From Candidatus Marinacidobacterales bacterium (GTDB taxonomy: Bacteria > Acidobacteriota > Vicinamibacteria > Marinacidobacterales > SMYC01): a DNA stretch of 64,000 nucleotides. Position 1 is the stretch's first letter; each line of letters starts with the position of its first letter. The notes under the pieces were generated by a model, which had not been told where the DNA came from, ran no database searches, and saw nothing but the letters and a program-made list of their open reading frames with translations. The translations under genes and the position numbers were made by a program. Positions 1-10,668 of the stretch are shown piece after piece. The stretch lies in NCBI GenBank assembly GCA_965237955.1, contig OZ250169.1, positions 4,416,001 to 4,480,000 on the forward strand. The letters run 5' to 3'.

Positions 1-2427
1 ATCAGCGGGTAGCTGCACGAGGTAGCCCACCGCGTCGATCCGCTTGCCAAGCGCCGGCTCCGATTCCGAAAGACGTCGGAGCCCGACGAAACCGAGCCCC
101 CCCTCGGTGGCTCCCTGGAGCGCGGACAGCAGCACGTCTTCCGGTCTCTCCTCCGTCAGCGCAAAGTCTAGGTACTCCGCGATCGATTGCATCCCGAGCG
201 CCAGCGCCGGACCGAACGTGAGAACCGGACGCGGCGAGAAACCCTCGGAGTAGTAGAGAGGAAGGCCCGCACGACGAAAAATGCGCGGAAGCACACGCAC
301 CATGCCCAAGTGCCCGCGAAGGCTCATCGGCACCGTTTTTCGATACCGGAGCCGATACCGCACTGGCGTTCCTTGCGCGAAGTCATGCGGCGCCAAACCC
401 TGTTCGACCCGTGTGTGTGCGTTCTGCCTCTGGGTAACGTTATCCGGGCGCGCCGCGCTTGGCTCGGGCCTTTGGTGCGCACCCATCTGCTCGAGGAACA
501 CCAGGCGCTCGTCCCGCATACCGGTGAGATCGCAAGCGACCCCGCAGTGGTAGCAGACGAGCTTGCGATGATCGGCACGGGCATCTTCGAGATTGGTGTG
601 ATGCACCTTCGCATGAACCGGCTTTCCGCACGGCGGCGAGAATCGCCCTTTGAGCGTGCGCTTGTACTCCATCGCGAGAAAGCCATCGGCGAGCCCGACG
701 TCGATGTGATCCCAGGGAAGCGCTCCGTCGACCGGGAGCGTCTGAAGAAACGTTTGCCGTGAGACGTCGCTTTCCTGCTCCCAAGCATCGAGGGCTCGAC
801 ACCATACATCCCACGCCAAATGTTCATCCCAGCCGTCGAACCGCGCACCGCGGCGCCAAGCCCGTTCGATGAGCTCGGCCGCCCGGATGTCACCTCGCGC
901 CAAAATACCTTCGAGGTGACTCACGCGAAGGTCGTGGGTTCGTAGCTTGAAGCCGTCTCGCTTGGATGCCTGTACGAGGACATCCTGCTTGCGCGCGATG
1001 TCATCCATCGAGTCCTGGGCGCACCACTGAAACGGCGTATGCGGCTTGGGCACGTGGCTCGACACTGATACAGTCACCGTCACCGTCGCGGGCTTGCGCT
1101 TGTGGTATTCCCGCCCAATGTTTTTCGCCTGGCGTCCCATTTCCGCAATCCCGACGACGTCCTCATCCTCTTCCGTAGGAAGCCCGATCATGAAATAAAG
1201 TTTGATCTTGCTCCATCCGCGGGAAAAGACGCGATGACAGGTCGTGTAGATGTCGTCTTCGGTGATGTTCTTGTTGACGACGTCGCGCATGCGCTGCGTA
1301 CCCGCTTCGGGAGCGAATGTGAGCCCGGTCGCCTTCACCGTCGCGATGTCGTCGAGGAGATCTTCATCCAGCCCGTACGCGCGCAAGCTCGAGATGCCGA
1401 GCGCCACTTTTTTCGGTCGGAGCTCCTTCATCACGTTCTTCACGAGCGGAGAGATGCACGAGTAATCGGCCGTCGACAGCGACGTGATCGCTGCTTCATC
1501 GTAGCCGCCTTTTTCGATCGCCGAGACGAGCGTGTCGACGATCTGGGCAGGATCGCGCTCACGGACGGGCCGGTAGATCATGCCCGCCTGGCAGAAACGG
1601 CATCCTTCGGTGCAGCCGCGCGCGATCTCGACCGACATGCGGTCGAAGATGGCTTCGGCGACGGGTACGGGCGAGTCGTCCGGATAGGGGAACTTGTTGA
1701 TATCAGCGAGGAACGCGCGCTTCACCCGTTCGGGAACACCGGCGTATTTGGGTCGAGTGACCGTCATCAAGCCGGAGCGATCGCACAACTCCCGCTCGTA
1801 GAGATCGGGGCAGTAGACGCCACCTTCCTTGGCGAGCTCGATGAGGATTTCGGTTCGCGTGAGCTTGCCGTTTCGCTGGAGCGCGACGTAGTGACGCATG
1901 AGCCGTGGAAGCCGTTCTTCAGCGTCGCCGATCACGAAGACGTCGATGAACGGCGCCATGGGCTCCGGCTGCGTCGCCACCGGTCCCCCGGCAACGACGA
2001 GTGGATCCGACAATCGACGCTCCCGATTTCTGAGTGGGATGCCGGACAAGTCGAGCATCGTGAGGATGTTCGTGAACGTGAGCTCGTACTGAAGCGAAAA
2101 TCCGACGATATCGAAATCCGAAAGCGGGCGGTGGGTCTCGAGGCTCACGAGCGGGAGCTCTCGCTCGCGGAGCTCCTTCTCGAGGTCGAACCACGGGCAG
2201 AAGGCCCGCTCGAGGCACAGGTCGTCTTGTTTATTAATGATGGAGTAGAGGATTTTCGTTCCTTGGTGGCTCATTCCAATGTCGTAGACATCGGGAAACG
2301 CCAACACCATCTTCGCATCGAGGGTGTCCCAATCCTTTGCCACCGAAAAATGCTCGCCTCCCACGTAGCGCGCAGGCTTCGACACCTCGTGAAGGAAATC
2401 GGCGTAGGGATGGTCCTGGAAGCTCAT
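1..2427 (-). CDS. TIGR03960-type radical SAM protein fused to a C-terminal TIGR03936/DUF2344 domain (runs off the window edge)
   Basis: Manual translation from ATG 2427: MSFQDHPYADFLHEVSKPARYVGGE, FPDVYDIGMSH, CxxxCxxC (RGCTEGCRFCQAG) near 1600 and C-terminal YSEGFSPRPVLTFGPALALG. Absent from the ORF track because no stop falls in the window. Confidence 0.88.
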   Translation of the reverse strand, partial: MSFQDHPYADFLHEVSKPARYVGGEHFSVAKDWDTLDAKMVLAFPDVYDIGMSHQGTKILYSIINKQDDLCLERAFCPWFDLEKELRERELPLVSLETHRPLSDFDIVGFSLQYELTFTNILTMLDLSGIPLRNRERRLSDPLVVAGGPVATQPEPMAPFIDVFVIGDAEERLPRLMRHYVALQRNGKLTRTEILIELAKEGGVYCPDLYERELCDRSGLMTVTRPKYAGVPERVKRAFLADINKFPYPDDSPVPVAEAIFDRMSVEIARGCTEGCRFCQAGMIYRPVRERDPAQIVDTLVSAIEKGGYDEAAITSLSTADYSCISPLVKNVMKELRPKKVALGISSLRAYGLDEDLLDDIATVKATGLTFAPEAGTQRMRDVVNKNITEDDIYTTCHRVFSRGWSKIKLYFMIGLPTEEDEDVVGIAEMGRQAKNIGREYHKRKPATVTVTVSVSSHVPKPHTPFQWCAQDSMDDIARKQDVLVQASKRDGFKLRTHDLRVSHLEGILARGDIRAAELIERAWRRGARFDGWDEHLAWDVWCRALDAWEQESDVSRQTFLQTLPVDGALPWDHIDVGLADGFLAMEYKRTLKGRFSPPCGKPVHAKVHHTNLEDARADHRKLVCYHCGVACDLTGMRDERLVFLEQMGAHQRPEPSAARPDNVTQRQNAHTRVEQGLAPHDFAQGTPVRYRLRYRKTVPMSLRGHLGMVRVLPRIFRRAGLPLYYSEGFSPRPVLTFGPALALGMQSIAEYLDFALTEERPEDVLLSALQGATEGGLGFVGLRRLSESEPALGKRIDAVGYLVQLPAD

Positions 2428-2449
2428 GAGTAGCCTTCCAATGTAGCAC

Positions 2450-2926
2450 TCAATAGGCTTTTTTGTCGGGTAGGGCGCTCCAGTCGTCGAGGAGGCGCTG
2501 GCAGGCGTCTTTCATGAAACCGGACACGAGCTCGACGCGGCCGCCCCCGAGGCTTTTGAGCCTTCGATTCGAGACGACGAGCTCGTTGAACCCGAGCCGC
2601 TTCACGTCCCGTACCGTGGTGCCGAAGGTGATGCGCCGCATCTGCGCCCAGTTGATGGCGGCGAAGCACATGACGCACGGCTCGGTCGTCGAGTAAATTT
2701 CCGAGCCTCGAAAATGCGGCGTCCCCAACTTCCGCGCTGCCCGTGAAATGGCGCACATCTCGGCGTGCCGCGTGGAGTCGTTCGAGCGCAGAACCTCGTT
2801 GTGCCCCTTGGCGATGATCTTGCCCCGCCGCACAATCACCGCCCCGAACGGCCCGCCATTCCCGCGCTTCATGCCGCGGTGCGCTTCCGCGAGCGCCGCC
2901 TCCATGAACTTCGGCTCCCCACGCAC
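2450..2926 (-). CDS. Zinc-dependent nucleoside/guanine deaminase (cytidine deaminase fold)
   Basis: GGPFGAVIV, HAE and EPCVMC zinc motifs; GTG start preceded by AGGAGG. Confidence 0.88.
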   Translation of the reverse strand: MRGEPKFMEAALAEAHRGMKRGNGGPFGAVIVRRGKIIAKGHNEVLRSNDSTRHAEMCAISRAARKLGTPHFRGSEIYSTTEPCVMCFAAINWAQMRRITFGTTVRDVKRLGFNELVVSNRRLKSLGGGRVELVSGFMKDACQRLLDDWSALPDKKAY

Positions 2927-2927
2927 T

Positions 2928-3780
2928 TCAGCGGACTCCAACCTCCTGGAGTAGAACGTTCGGCGCGATCTCGATCGACTTTTCGAGCTCAGCCTGGGCT
3001 TCGTCGAGTCGATGCTGCGCCGTGAAGAGCAGACCCTGCATCGTGTGGATCGCTTCGCTTCGGATCCCGGCGTCCGCCGCACGATCGAGAAGCTCCTGGG
3101 TCGGTTCCATATCCCACTCGTAGATGAGCTCGTAGGCTGCCGCAGCCGCAAGGGCCTCCTCGTGATCGCCTTCGTCCAGCGCGAGAGCGAGCTCAGTGGC
3201 TTCCCGCGCGAGCTCCCGCGTCTCGTTCGGTGCGGCAAAACCCCAGAGCACGTTCACTACGTACGCTTGAACGAGACCGGCATGAGCAGAGGCATAGTCG
3301 GGATCCGCTTCGATCGCGCTTTCAAAGAGGAGGATCGCTCGGTTCACCGAGGCGGGAGTCGTTCGGGAAAGCTCGTACCGGCCCTTCAGATATTCCTCGT
3401 AAGCCTCCGGTAAGGGCGTCGGGCTCTCGGAAACGCCGAGCTCTTTCTCGATCGCAGTCGCTACAGACCGCGCAATCCCTTCTTGCACTTGGAACGCACT
3501 GTCGTCAGCTTCCTCGTAGCTCTCATTCCAAATCTGGCGGCCGTCACTGGCACGGATCAGCTGCGCGGCGATGCGTAGCGTATCGCCCGATTTGCGTACG
3601 CTGCCTTGCAGCACCGCATCCACCTGAAGGTCTTCACCAACAGCGCCAAGCTCGTGGTCGCGGAACGCAAATGCCGTCGTCCGCGGCACGACGTGGAGCC
3701 CTTCGACGCTCGCGAGCGTCGTCGTAATCTCTTCCGCGAGACCATCACCGTAGTAGCCGTAATCCCCGTTGGGGCTCATG
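2928..3780 (-). pseudogene. Truncated TolB-like/TPR module (C-terminal part of a kinase, cyclase or regulator)
   Basis: Starts abruptly at MSPNGDYGYYGDGLAEEITTTL, lacking the preceding SIAVLPF strand; VLQGSVRKSGDTLRIAAQLI and TPR helices (AYEEYLKGRY, DPDYASAHAGL) end prematurely. Confidence 0.65.
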
Positions 3781-3809
3781 CGCCCACACCTTTTGGAGAT
3801 GACGGGAAA

Positions 3810-4115
3810 ATGATGAAGCTGCAACGGCTCGGGTGGAAACTCGAAAAGGACATTCAGAAAATCGACACCCCCTATCTCGCTCGGCGCGCGCGCCGAAAGC
3901 TCGACGAATTCTTTGACGAGCTCGAGCGTTATCGCGAACGTCAGCTCGCGGACGGCATCGCGATCGACGAGATGCAGGACTACATCGACCTGCGTGCCAC
4001 GGATCGACGAGATGATCCCACTCACGGGAGCGCCACTGCCCTCTACCGGTTGGCGAGACCATCCAGCAACTCGCGCACACTGTGCGTCAGGACGTCAGGC
4101 GTGAACGGCTTCTGA
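3810..4115 (+). CDS. Small hypothetical helical protein, possibly a fragment
   Basis: MMKLQRLGWKLEKDIQKIDTPYLARR with GGAG upstream; the 3' end reads through into the convergent gene. Confidence 0.35.
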   Translation: MMKLQRLGWKLEKDIQKIDTPYLARRARRKLDEFFDELERYRERQLADGIAIDEMQDYIDLRATDRRDDPTHGSATALYRLARPSSNSRTLCVRTSGVNGF

Positions 4116-6774
4116 AGGAAAGCCGTCCCCGGCCTCAACAGACTGCCGCCCCCGACGGCCCAGGCCGAGTAGCCCGAAATGTAGAGCACATTCAGCTCCG
4201 GGCGCAGTGAGATTAGGCGCTTGACCAGCTCTTGACCGCTCATCCCCGGCATGATCATATCAGTCACCAGCAGATTGATCGGCCCCTCGTGCCGCTCGGA
4301 GATCTCGATGGCCTCTGGGCCGCCCGGCGCCTCCAGAACCGTGTAGCCGTTCCTCTGGAGGGTCTTGCGAGCCAGGGCGCGCACCGCCTCTTCGTCTTCC
4401 ACCAGCAGCACGGTCTCGGTGCCGTGCAGCGGCCTTGGGACAGTCTCGGGTTCGAGCAGCTCGGTGGCCTCGTCGACCCGCGGCAGGTAGATCTTGAACA
4501 TCGTGCCATGCCCCGGCTCGCTGTAAACGCTGATGAAGCCGTCGCTCTGTTTCACGATCCCGTAGACTGGCGTTGAGTGCGAGGTTCATGATCACTTGCC
4601 CGATCTGTCCCGGGTCGGCCTTGACGCTGCCGAGTTTAGAGCTCAGAGCGGTGATCAGCTCGACGTCCTCGCTGATCACGCGGCGGAGCATCTTCTCCAT
4701 CTCGGCCACGGAGGCGTTCAAATCGAGTATCTTGGGCGCCAGCATCTGCCGGCGGCCGAAGGCCAGGAGCTGGTGGGTCAAAGAGGCGGCACGTCCCGAG
4801 GCTTTCCTGATCTCCTGGACCTCTCCGCGCTGCAGGTCGGTGAGGTGCGAGTCATCGCTCAGCAGAAGCTCGGCGTTACCAATGATGACCATGAGCATGT
4901 TTGTTGAAGTCGTGGGCCACCCCGCCGGCCAGTCGGCCGATCGCCTCCAACTTTTGCGCCTGGCGAAGCTGCTCTTCAAGGCGCTTGCGCTCCAGTTCAC
5001 CACCAGCTCGCTCGGCGAAAATTCTCAATATTGACTCCGGCAAAACGCGCTGTTCCATCGGCCCATCGTGCATCACACCCAGATGTCCAAGCGCATTGCC
5101 CGCTGAATCGAAAAGCGGGATCGCCAAGTAGCTCTCTATCCCGGCCTCTCTGAGCCAAATATCATCGGGAAAATGTTCCTGGACGCCCGCGGCATAGAAC
5201 GTGACTTTCTTGCTTATCACTTCTTCGCACGGTGTACCTCTTACGGAGTAAACGAAGGTTTCGCCGTAGCCCGTACCCGTCCAGAAGGAAATGAGGCGGA
5301 GCCTCTCACCTTTCGCGTCAGCCAACTCAGATACGAATGAAAACTTTACCTCGATTGCCGCGGCCAGTTGCCGAACTAACTGCCGGAAGAACTCCTCACC
5401 AGTCGCCGCGGCCGTCCCCTCGACAGTGAGACGCCGCAGCGCGTCCTCCGTCCGCTTGCGCTCGGTGCTGTCCTCAACAGTGACTGATACACCTTGCATG
5501 ACACCCTCGGACGACTTGAATGGGTAGAAGTTGACCACCCAATCTTTTTCCACGCCAGGTTGGGCTGGAGTCGTGCCGTGGACATCGATGCCAAGTACCG
5601 GCTGACCGGTTTCGAGAACCTGGCGATAGAGCGGTTCTACCCTCGGTGCGATATCCGGGACGACCTCACTAAGGGTTCGGCCGATGTGCTCAACGATCGG
5701 CTTTCCGTTAATGTCCGCCAAATCTTGGTTGATACGCATGTACCGGAGCTCCGTGTTTAACAGGCACATGCCGACTGGTGCAGTCGTGTAGACTTGATCA
5801 AGTTCCGCGAGCCGCGTCTGCAAGTCGGCAGTGCGTTCTCGGACACGCTGCTCAAGTTCTTCGTTTGCCTTGCGGAGTCTCTCAGCTAATGCGCGAGACC
5901 TTTCCTCGCTCTCCCTCAACGTCTCCTCCGCCCGCTTGCGCTCGGTGATGTCTTCCGCGATCCCGACAACGCGGTGGATGTCTCCGCGATCGGTCCGGAT
6001 CGGAAACAGGCGGTCGTGTATCCAGCAGACCGATTGGTCGGGTCGTTTGATGCGATACTCCTCGTCGTATTCCCCTGTTCGTTGTGATTTCTTGAACGCG
6101 GCGTTCACGCGCTCAGCATCCTCCGAAATGATATTGTCTGCCCAGGAAGAGGGCTGCTTGTACAAACTCTCGCATGTTCGGCCAAAGATCCGCTCGTACG
6201 CAGGATTGACGTACAAAGCCGTGTAATCTTCGTTATCTGCTAGGTAGACGACCTCCTGGAGGTTCTCCGCAATCTGACGAAACAGCTCCTCGCTCTCCTG
6301 CAGCCTCTCCTCCGACCGCTTGAGCTCGCTGATGTCACGTGAGACGGTGGAGAAGAACTCAATCTCCCCATCGGGCATCTTATGGCCGAGGAGCACCATC
6401 GACGTGGGAATCTCGTGTCCATCGCGGTGCAGGAACGCGACCTCTCCAGTCCAGACACCGTCACTCACGGCTGCAGGAAGCGCTTCGTCAAACAGCAGCG
6501 TGTTTGTCCCATCAGGATGAAGTTCCGTACTGCTCAACCCTGAGACGTCCTCATCTTTCCCAACGCCAACCATTTCTCGACCGGCCCTGTTGATATAGAG
6601 AACGCGCCCCTTCGGATCGGCAAAGGCGGTGAAATCCGTCGTCCCCTCCAGAAAGGCGGCAAGACGTTTTTGAGCCTGCCCCGGCTCCGAGGCTTCGAAT
6701 TCAGTTAGTCGTTGGCGGAGCTCTGCCAATTCGCGTAGAAGGTCGGCTTTTGTCTTGTTTTGGTCCTTCTTCAT
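4043..6774 (-). pseudogene. Multi-PAS/GAF hybrid histidine kinase-response regulator, frameshifted and internally deleted
   Basis: Three PAS domains, a GAF and H-box GRLAGGVAHDFN; extra base at 4900-4902 (FNNMLMVII expected). N-box NLALNA joins directly, out of frame, to VYGIVKQSDG at 4568/4569, so the G1/F/G2 boxes are missing. REC domain at the C-terminus (VLLVEDE...LLVTDMIMP). Confidence 0.85.
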
Positions 6775-7000
6775 TTCTGTACCTCTACAGAAAGGGATCT
6801 TCGCCGTTGTACTTCGCTACTGGGTACGACTGGCTTGGCGATCAGGCCCACCGCTCGACCTGGGCGATACCCCAGCAGGGCATCGTTGAGCCACATAACA
6901 TGAATTCCGTCTCTGTCCGCGTAAATCGGCTTTTGCGCGAGGCCTTCGTATGCGCGGTGCGCGGGCATCCGGAGATCCACGAGAACCGCGTCGTACCATC

Positions 7001-7114
7001 GACCTCGCGGTCGAGCCTCGTGTCGCGGGCACGGTAGACTTCACCCACGCCGCCGGCTCCAATGGCCGACGTGATTTCGTACGGGCCTAGGCGGGTTCCG
7101 GAGGTGAGAGCCAT
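7001..7114 (-). pseudogene. 38-codon N-terminal relic of a Ser/Thr protein kinase
   Basis: [38 protein letters not shown], then unrelated sequence where AIKVL is expected. Confidence 0.85.
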
Positions 7115-7289
7115 TCCTAACCTGAGGAGGAATCTAGCGGACTGTGGGGACGGAATCAACCCACAAGGGGGAGGTTTGTATCAGGTGTAGACGTGGACGG
7201 CCAGCGCATCGACACCCACCAGCGCTGGGGTCGCGCACCAACTACACCACGCGCGGGACAGCGGCAGGGGGGCTGGACGACAAATCGCG

Positions 7290-8867
7290 CTAGCCGCGCA
7301 AAAAACGTCGCGCGGCTTCTTCGCGGCGGAGCTTTCCGCTGGACGTTCGCGGCAATGCGCCCGGGTCGAGCAGAACGACGCGGTGGGGTACGAAGCCGGT
7401 GCGCTCCGACAGCACCGCGGAGATCAACTTCACCGCATCGGGTCTCGGCGATTTCGACTCGGCGAGGATGACGAGCTCTTCGCCTCCATCGGTCACGATC
7501 GATGTCGCCACGACCGCGCCGGTGCGAACGCCTGCAACACCCTCCAACGCCTCCTCGAAAAGCTCAGGCGCGTAGTTGCCGCCCCGTAACACGACCTTGT
7601 CGCGATCCCGCCCCGTAAGAAAGAGCTCACCTTCATCGAGAAACCCCTCGTCCCCCGTTTCGAGCCAGCCGTCGACGAGCGCGTTCTTGGTCGCGGCATC
7701 GTTGCCCAGATAGCCGCTCATGATCGAGGGGCCTCGAACGAGAACACGGCCAAAACCTTCGGCTCCGCGCGCGATTTTGACCTCGAAGCCCGGAAGCGGC
7801 TCGCCTGCGCTCACGATCGGCCGGCCCTCGAAGGTACGCATGCGGAATCGGCGTTTTGGAGGGGAGAATGTCACCGCGAGCCCCGCCTCGGCCAAGCCAT
7901 ACACGGGCGTCAACGCTTCTTCGCGCAGGCCGTAGTGGCGAAAGCGCTCGTAGAAGCGTTCGAGTGTCGAAGGCGTCACCGCTTCCGCGCCATCGAGCGC
8001 AAGGCGCCAACTCGACAGATCGATGCCGTCGAGCTCATCGTCACGAATACGGTCGAGGCACAGCGCGTAGGCGAAGTGCGGAGCAGCGCTCACGCTCGCA
8101 CGGTAGTGCGAGATCGCTTGAAGCCAACGCGCAGGACGGGCGACGAAAAGCTCGGGCGACATCAGCGCTAGCGGTCCCGGACGGACGAGCGCGGTGAGAA
8201 GCGCGCCGACTAACCCCATGTCGTGATAGAGCGGCAACCACGACACCCCACGATGCTCGAACCCATCGCTCTCGGGGTACGCGGTGAGAAACGCGCCGAG
8301 GATCGCGTGCACATTGGCGAGAACCTGCGCGTGCGTCAACGCAACTGCCTTGGGTGCATCGGTAGTGCCCGAAGAGAATTGAACGAGAGCCAAAGCGTCG
8401 GGGGAGACCTCGACCTTTGCCCGCGTGCCGCGAGGAAGCTCGGACACGCACAGCGTGCCGAGCTCGCTCGAGGCTCGCGAGAGAAGGCTCCGGTTCCGCT
8501 CACCCGCCAACAAGATCCGCGCCCTCGACGCGCGTAGCATACCCGCCGTCGAACGCAGGTAGTCGTCCACGGGGCCAAAGCGTCGAGGTAGCGGGAGTGA
8601 CACCGGCACCGCTCCCGCGACCACGGCGCCGAAAAACCCGTCGTAGAACTGGATGCTCGTCGGTATGGCGACGGCGACCCGATCGCCTTCGACAATACCC
8701 AACGATCGCAGACCGGAAGCGACGTCGAGGGCGCGCTCGTGGATGTCGGCGTAGCTATGGAACGCGTCACGATCACTCCCCGCGCGTCTGGCAAAGTGAA
8801 CGCCGACGGCGACATCAGTGCCGGCGGCACGTTCGAGGCACCCGGAGAGGGTCTTCGGCTCGGTCAC
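7290..8867 (-). CDS. Fatty acyl-AMP ligase (FAAL)
   Basis: QFSSGTT, SWLPLYHDMGL, PVYGLAEA, TGDEG and LPRTSSGKL motifs; adjacent to an ACP. Confidence 0.9.
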   Translation of the reverse strand: MTEPKTLSGCLERAAGTDVAVGVHFARRAGSDRDAFHSYADIHERALDVASGLRSLGIVEGDRVAVAIPTSIQFYDGFFGAVVAGAVPVSLPLPRRFGPVDDYLRSTAGMLRASRARILLAGERNRSLLSRASSELGTLCVSELPRGTRAKVEVSPDALALVQFSSGTTDAPKAVALTHAQVLANVHAILGAFLTAYPESDGFEHRGVSWLPLYHDMGLVGALLTALVRPGPLALMSPELFVARPARWLQAISHYRASVSAAPHFAYALCLDRIRDDELDGIDLSSWRLALDGAEAVTPSTLERFYERFRHYGLREEALTPVYGLAEAGLAVTFSPPKRRFRMRTFEGRPIVSAGEPLPGFEVKIARGAEGFGRVLVRGPSIMSGYLGNDAATKNALVDGWLETGDEGFLDEGELFLTGRDRDKVVLRGGNYAPELFEEALEGVAGVRTGAVVATSIVTDGGEELVILAESKSPRPDAVKLISAVLSERTGFVPHRVVLLDPGALPRTSSGKLRREEAARRFLRG

Positions 8868-9106
8868 TTCGTATCAAGCCTATTCGAGACCGCATCCACC
8901 ACGTCACCGATGGTTTCGATGCCCGCTTCGTCGCCCTCGTCGAAGCAAATCTTGAAGTGGTTCTCGATCTCGACCACGAACGTGAGCTGCTGGATCGAAT
9001 CGAGCTCGAGGTCGCGAAAAAGATGGGTCGCCTCATCGACGTCGACGATGGTCAGATGCTCCTCCAGAACCTGTCGCACATCGCGGAGAACACTCGCGCG
9101 GTCCAC
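8864..9106 (-). CDS. Acyl carrier protein
   Basis: About 80 aa, acidic, with DLELDSI phosphopantetheine site and VVEIENHF; overlaps the FAAL start. Confidence 0.9.
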   Translation of the reverse strand: MDRASVLRDVRQVLEEHLTIVDVDEATHLFRDLELDSIQQLTFVVEIENHFKICFDEGDEAGIETIGDVVDAVSNRLDTK

Positions 9107-9108
9107 GA

Positions 9109-9624
9109 TTATTGACAATGCGTTGCCAGCGCCTCGTTCTCGCAGCGAATCCGGACCGAGAGCATCCACGCGTTGAGGAACGTGACCGTGACCGCGGTGA
9201 TCCACGCCGTGTGGATGAGAGGCACGGCGAATCCTTCGAGGACGACCGCCAAATAGTTGGGGTGTTTCAGCACACGATAAGGACCCGCTGTGACCGCGGG
9301 CAACCCGGGAACGACGATGACGCGAACGTTCCAGCGTTTTCCCAGCGTGAAGATCACCCAATAGCGGATCGCCTGCGCACAAAGCGCCACGCCCAACATC
9401 GGAAAGCCGAGACTCGGGATGAACGGACGATCGAGCAGGATCACTTCGAGCGCGCAGGCGACGAAAAACGACGTATGGAGCAACTTCATGTATTTGAAGT
9501 GCTCACCACCGTATTCGATGCCGCCTTGTTCGAGCGACCACGCGGCGTTGCGCCTGCTGATGGCGAGCTCGACGAGACGCTCGCCCGCAAGCAGGAGCAG
9601 AAAAGCAAGGTAGAGACCTACCAT
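9109..9624 (-). CDS. Isoprenylcysteine carboxyl methyltransferase-family membrane methyltransferase (SrsB/BpsB/FtpB-like)
   Basis: ERLVELAISRRN, TLGKRWNVRV, GPYRVLKHPNY and RIRCEN motifs; overlaps the PKS stop. Confidence 0.9.
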   Translation of the reverse strand: MVGLYLAFLLLLAGERLVELAISRRNAAWSLEQGGIEYGGEHFKYMKLLHTSFFVACALEVILLDRPFIPSLGFPMLGVALCAQAIRYWVIFTLGKRWNVRVIVVPGLPAVTAGPYRVLKHPNYLAVVLEGFAVPLIHTAWITAVTVTFLNAWMLSVRIRCENEALATHCQ

Positions 9625-10667
9625 CGAAGCAAAACCATCTCGGAACAAAAACCGGGACCGAGGGCGGTGAGAATCCCGTAGCTTCCGGCGGCGGGCGAAC
9701 GCGAACGCAGCGTTTCCCCGAGCACCATCAGAACCGACGCCGAGGATACGTTCCCTATTCGCTTCAAGCTGTCCCAGGTAATCGAGAGCGCGTCGGCTTC
9801 GATCTCGAGCGCCTTTTGGAACGCTTCGAGCACCCTCGGTCCACCCGGATGACACACGAACGTTTCGATGTCTGCGAGGGTGAGCCCGTGCGCTTCGAGA
9901 AAGTCGTCCACGTTCTCGCGAACTTCGGCTTTTACCAGATTCGGGATGTCGGCCGAGAGCACGACGTGAAACCCTTCCTGCTTGATGTCCCACCCCATGA
10001 CGCGCTCGGTATCCGGGTAAAAGATGGACCGCGTCGCCACCACACTCGGCCCGCTCGGCTCGCACTCGGCGCCGACGACGAGCACGGCTGCCGCGGCATC
10101 ACCGAAAAGCCCGGATGCGATGATGTTCGGGATGGAGAGGTCTTTGCGCTGGAGGGTAAGGCTGCAAAGCTCGACGGAGACGACGAGCGCGGTTTGATCG
10201 GGAAACGCCCGGACGTAGTCGGCAGCACGGGTGATACCGACGGCTCCGGCAACGCATCCGAGACCGAACACCGGCGTTCTCTTGACATCGGAGCGCACGC
10301 CGAGGCGGTTGAAGATGCGCGCATCGATGGACGGAGTCGCGATGCCGGTCGTGCTCACGAAGAACACGTGGTCGACGTCGCGCAAGGTCATTCCCAAAGG
10401 CTCGAGGGTGTTTTGGACTGCTTCGGAGCCGACGTCGACGGCGACGCGGATGAAGGCATCGTTGGCGTCGGAAAACGAGTCGAGCTTCAGGTACTCGTCG
10501 ATGGGAAGCGCCAGGTGCCGCCCTCCAACGAGAACGTTTTGGTGCAGCTGATCCAGACGCTCGAGGTTGTGGTGGCGCTTCGCCCAGTGCTGCTTCAAGT
10601 TGGCCGACAGTGCTTCCTGGGAGTAATAGTTCTTGGGAAACGCCGTGCCGACGCTCGCGATTCTCAT
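9618..10667 (-). CDS. Type III polyketide synthase (alkylresorcinol/alkylpyrone synthase, SrsA/FtpA-like)
   Basis: Cys-His-Asn triad in FGLGCVAG, HPGGPRVL and GNVSSASV; also VELCSL, LFGD and GPGF. Confidence 0.93.
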   Translation of the reverse strand: MRIASVGTAFPKNYYSQEALSANLKQHWAKRHHNLERLDQLHQNVLVGGRHLALPIDEYLKLDSFSDANDAFIRVAVDVGSEAVQNTLEPLGMTLRDVDHVFFVSTTGIATPSIDARIFNRLGVRSDVKRTPVFGLGCVAGAVGITRAADYVRAFPDQTALVVSVELCSLTLQRKDLSIPNIIASGLFGDAAAAVLVVGAECEPSGPSVVATRSIFYPDTERVMGWDIKQEGFHVVLSADIPNLVKAEVRENVDDFLEAHGLTLADIETFVCHPGGPRVLEAFQKALEIEADALSITWDSLKRIGNVSSASVLMVLGETLRSRSPAAGSYGILTALGPGFCSEMVLLRW

Positions 10668-10668
10668 G

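Noticed and set aside
1102-2433. 443-aa plus-strand ORF
   Set aside because: Antisense shadow of the radical SAM gene; no recognisable motifs.
2450-2926. Deaminase as an anti-phage nucleotide-depletion system
   Set aside because: Single-domain guanine-deaminase-like protein with no kinase domain or defence-gene context.
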